Source of the DNA: Aplysia californica
Lineage: Eukaryota
Assembly (NCBI RefSeq): GCF_000002075.1
Contig: NW_004797706.1
Span: 184,845-247,257 of the forward strand
Reading direction: 5' to 3'
DNA length: 62,413 nucleotides
Each line of letters begins with the position of its first letter. Within the stretch, counting starts at the first letter, position 1. The translations under genes and the position numbers were made by a program. Below are positions 62,011 through 62,413 of this stretch, in pieces. Under the pieces are notes generated by a model that searched no databases, was not told the origin of the DNA, and worked only from the letters and a program-made list of their open reading frames with translations.

Positions 62011-62199
62011 AAATAATAATAAATAGTGTTTGTATATATATACATAGCGCATAACCCCGCTCGACAGCAAGCTATATGCGCTTTACACTATATTATTACC
62101 CCAGCAGACCATAGAACACTCAGAACCATTTTCAGCTTCCCGGGAAGCATACAGTGCAAGCAGCTGATTAAGTGCTCAAACACTAACAAACTGACAAGA
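62011..62199 (-). mobile_element. 5'-truncated SINE family 1 copy
   Basis: Matches the 3' half of 53421-53806. Confidence 0.75.
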
Positions 62200-62326
62200 A
62201 AGAGGACCGACAACATTACGGAGTGGACAGGTCGTCCAAACGCAGGCACTCGAAAAAAAACCCGGGAAAAGTGGAGACATCTGACAAGGCTCTCTATCAT
62301 TAAGCACCCCTACGATCCTCGTGAAT

Positions 62327-62329
<3 letters not shown>

Positions 62330-62411
<82 letters not shown>

Positions 62412-62413
62412 GA
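62330..62413. repeat. (GA)n(GACA)n compound microsatellite
   Basis: Directly visible. Confidence 0.95.

Overview
Eukaryotic, AT-rich, gapped draft-assembly DNA from an animal. The TE types suggest an invertebrate, possibly a gastropod, but the species cannot be identified from the sequence. The left part (~0.6-37.5 kb) is a recently amplified, mirror-image cluster of a compact 3-exon Ser/Thr kinase gene (~276 aa; HGD non-RD catalytic loop; no Gly-rich loop). Copies A and B lie on the minus strand, and C and a damaged copy D on the plus strand. Each intact copy has a TATA(-31)/Inr core promoter directly next to a tandem array of a 35-bp unit. That unit contains a TCF/LEF site (ACATCAAAGG), an adjacent C-clamp helper-like GGCGGT and a SOX site (AACAATG). 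Each copy is followed by a 3' flank rich in ACTAAY motifs. Over 25 modules built from the 35-bp unit fill the cluster, and they switch orientation at ~21,615. The right part (~37.5-62.4 kb) is TE-rich intergenic DNA: tRNA-derived SINEs, RTE-type LINE fragments, Tc1/mariner and hAT MITEs, and microsatellites. It also carries one uninterrupted ORF for a divergent class-A-like 7TM receptor with a Pro/Gln/Tyr-repeat third intracellular loop. Several apparent duplications next to 100-N gaps are probably assembly artefacts. All regulatory interpretations are motif-based inference.
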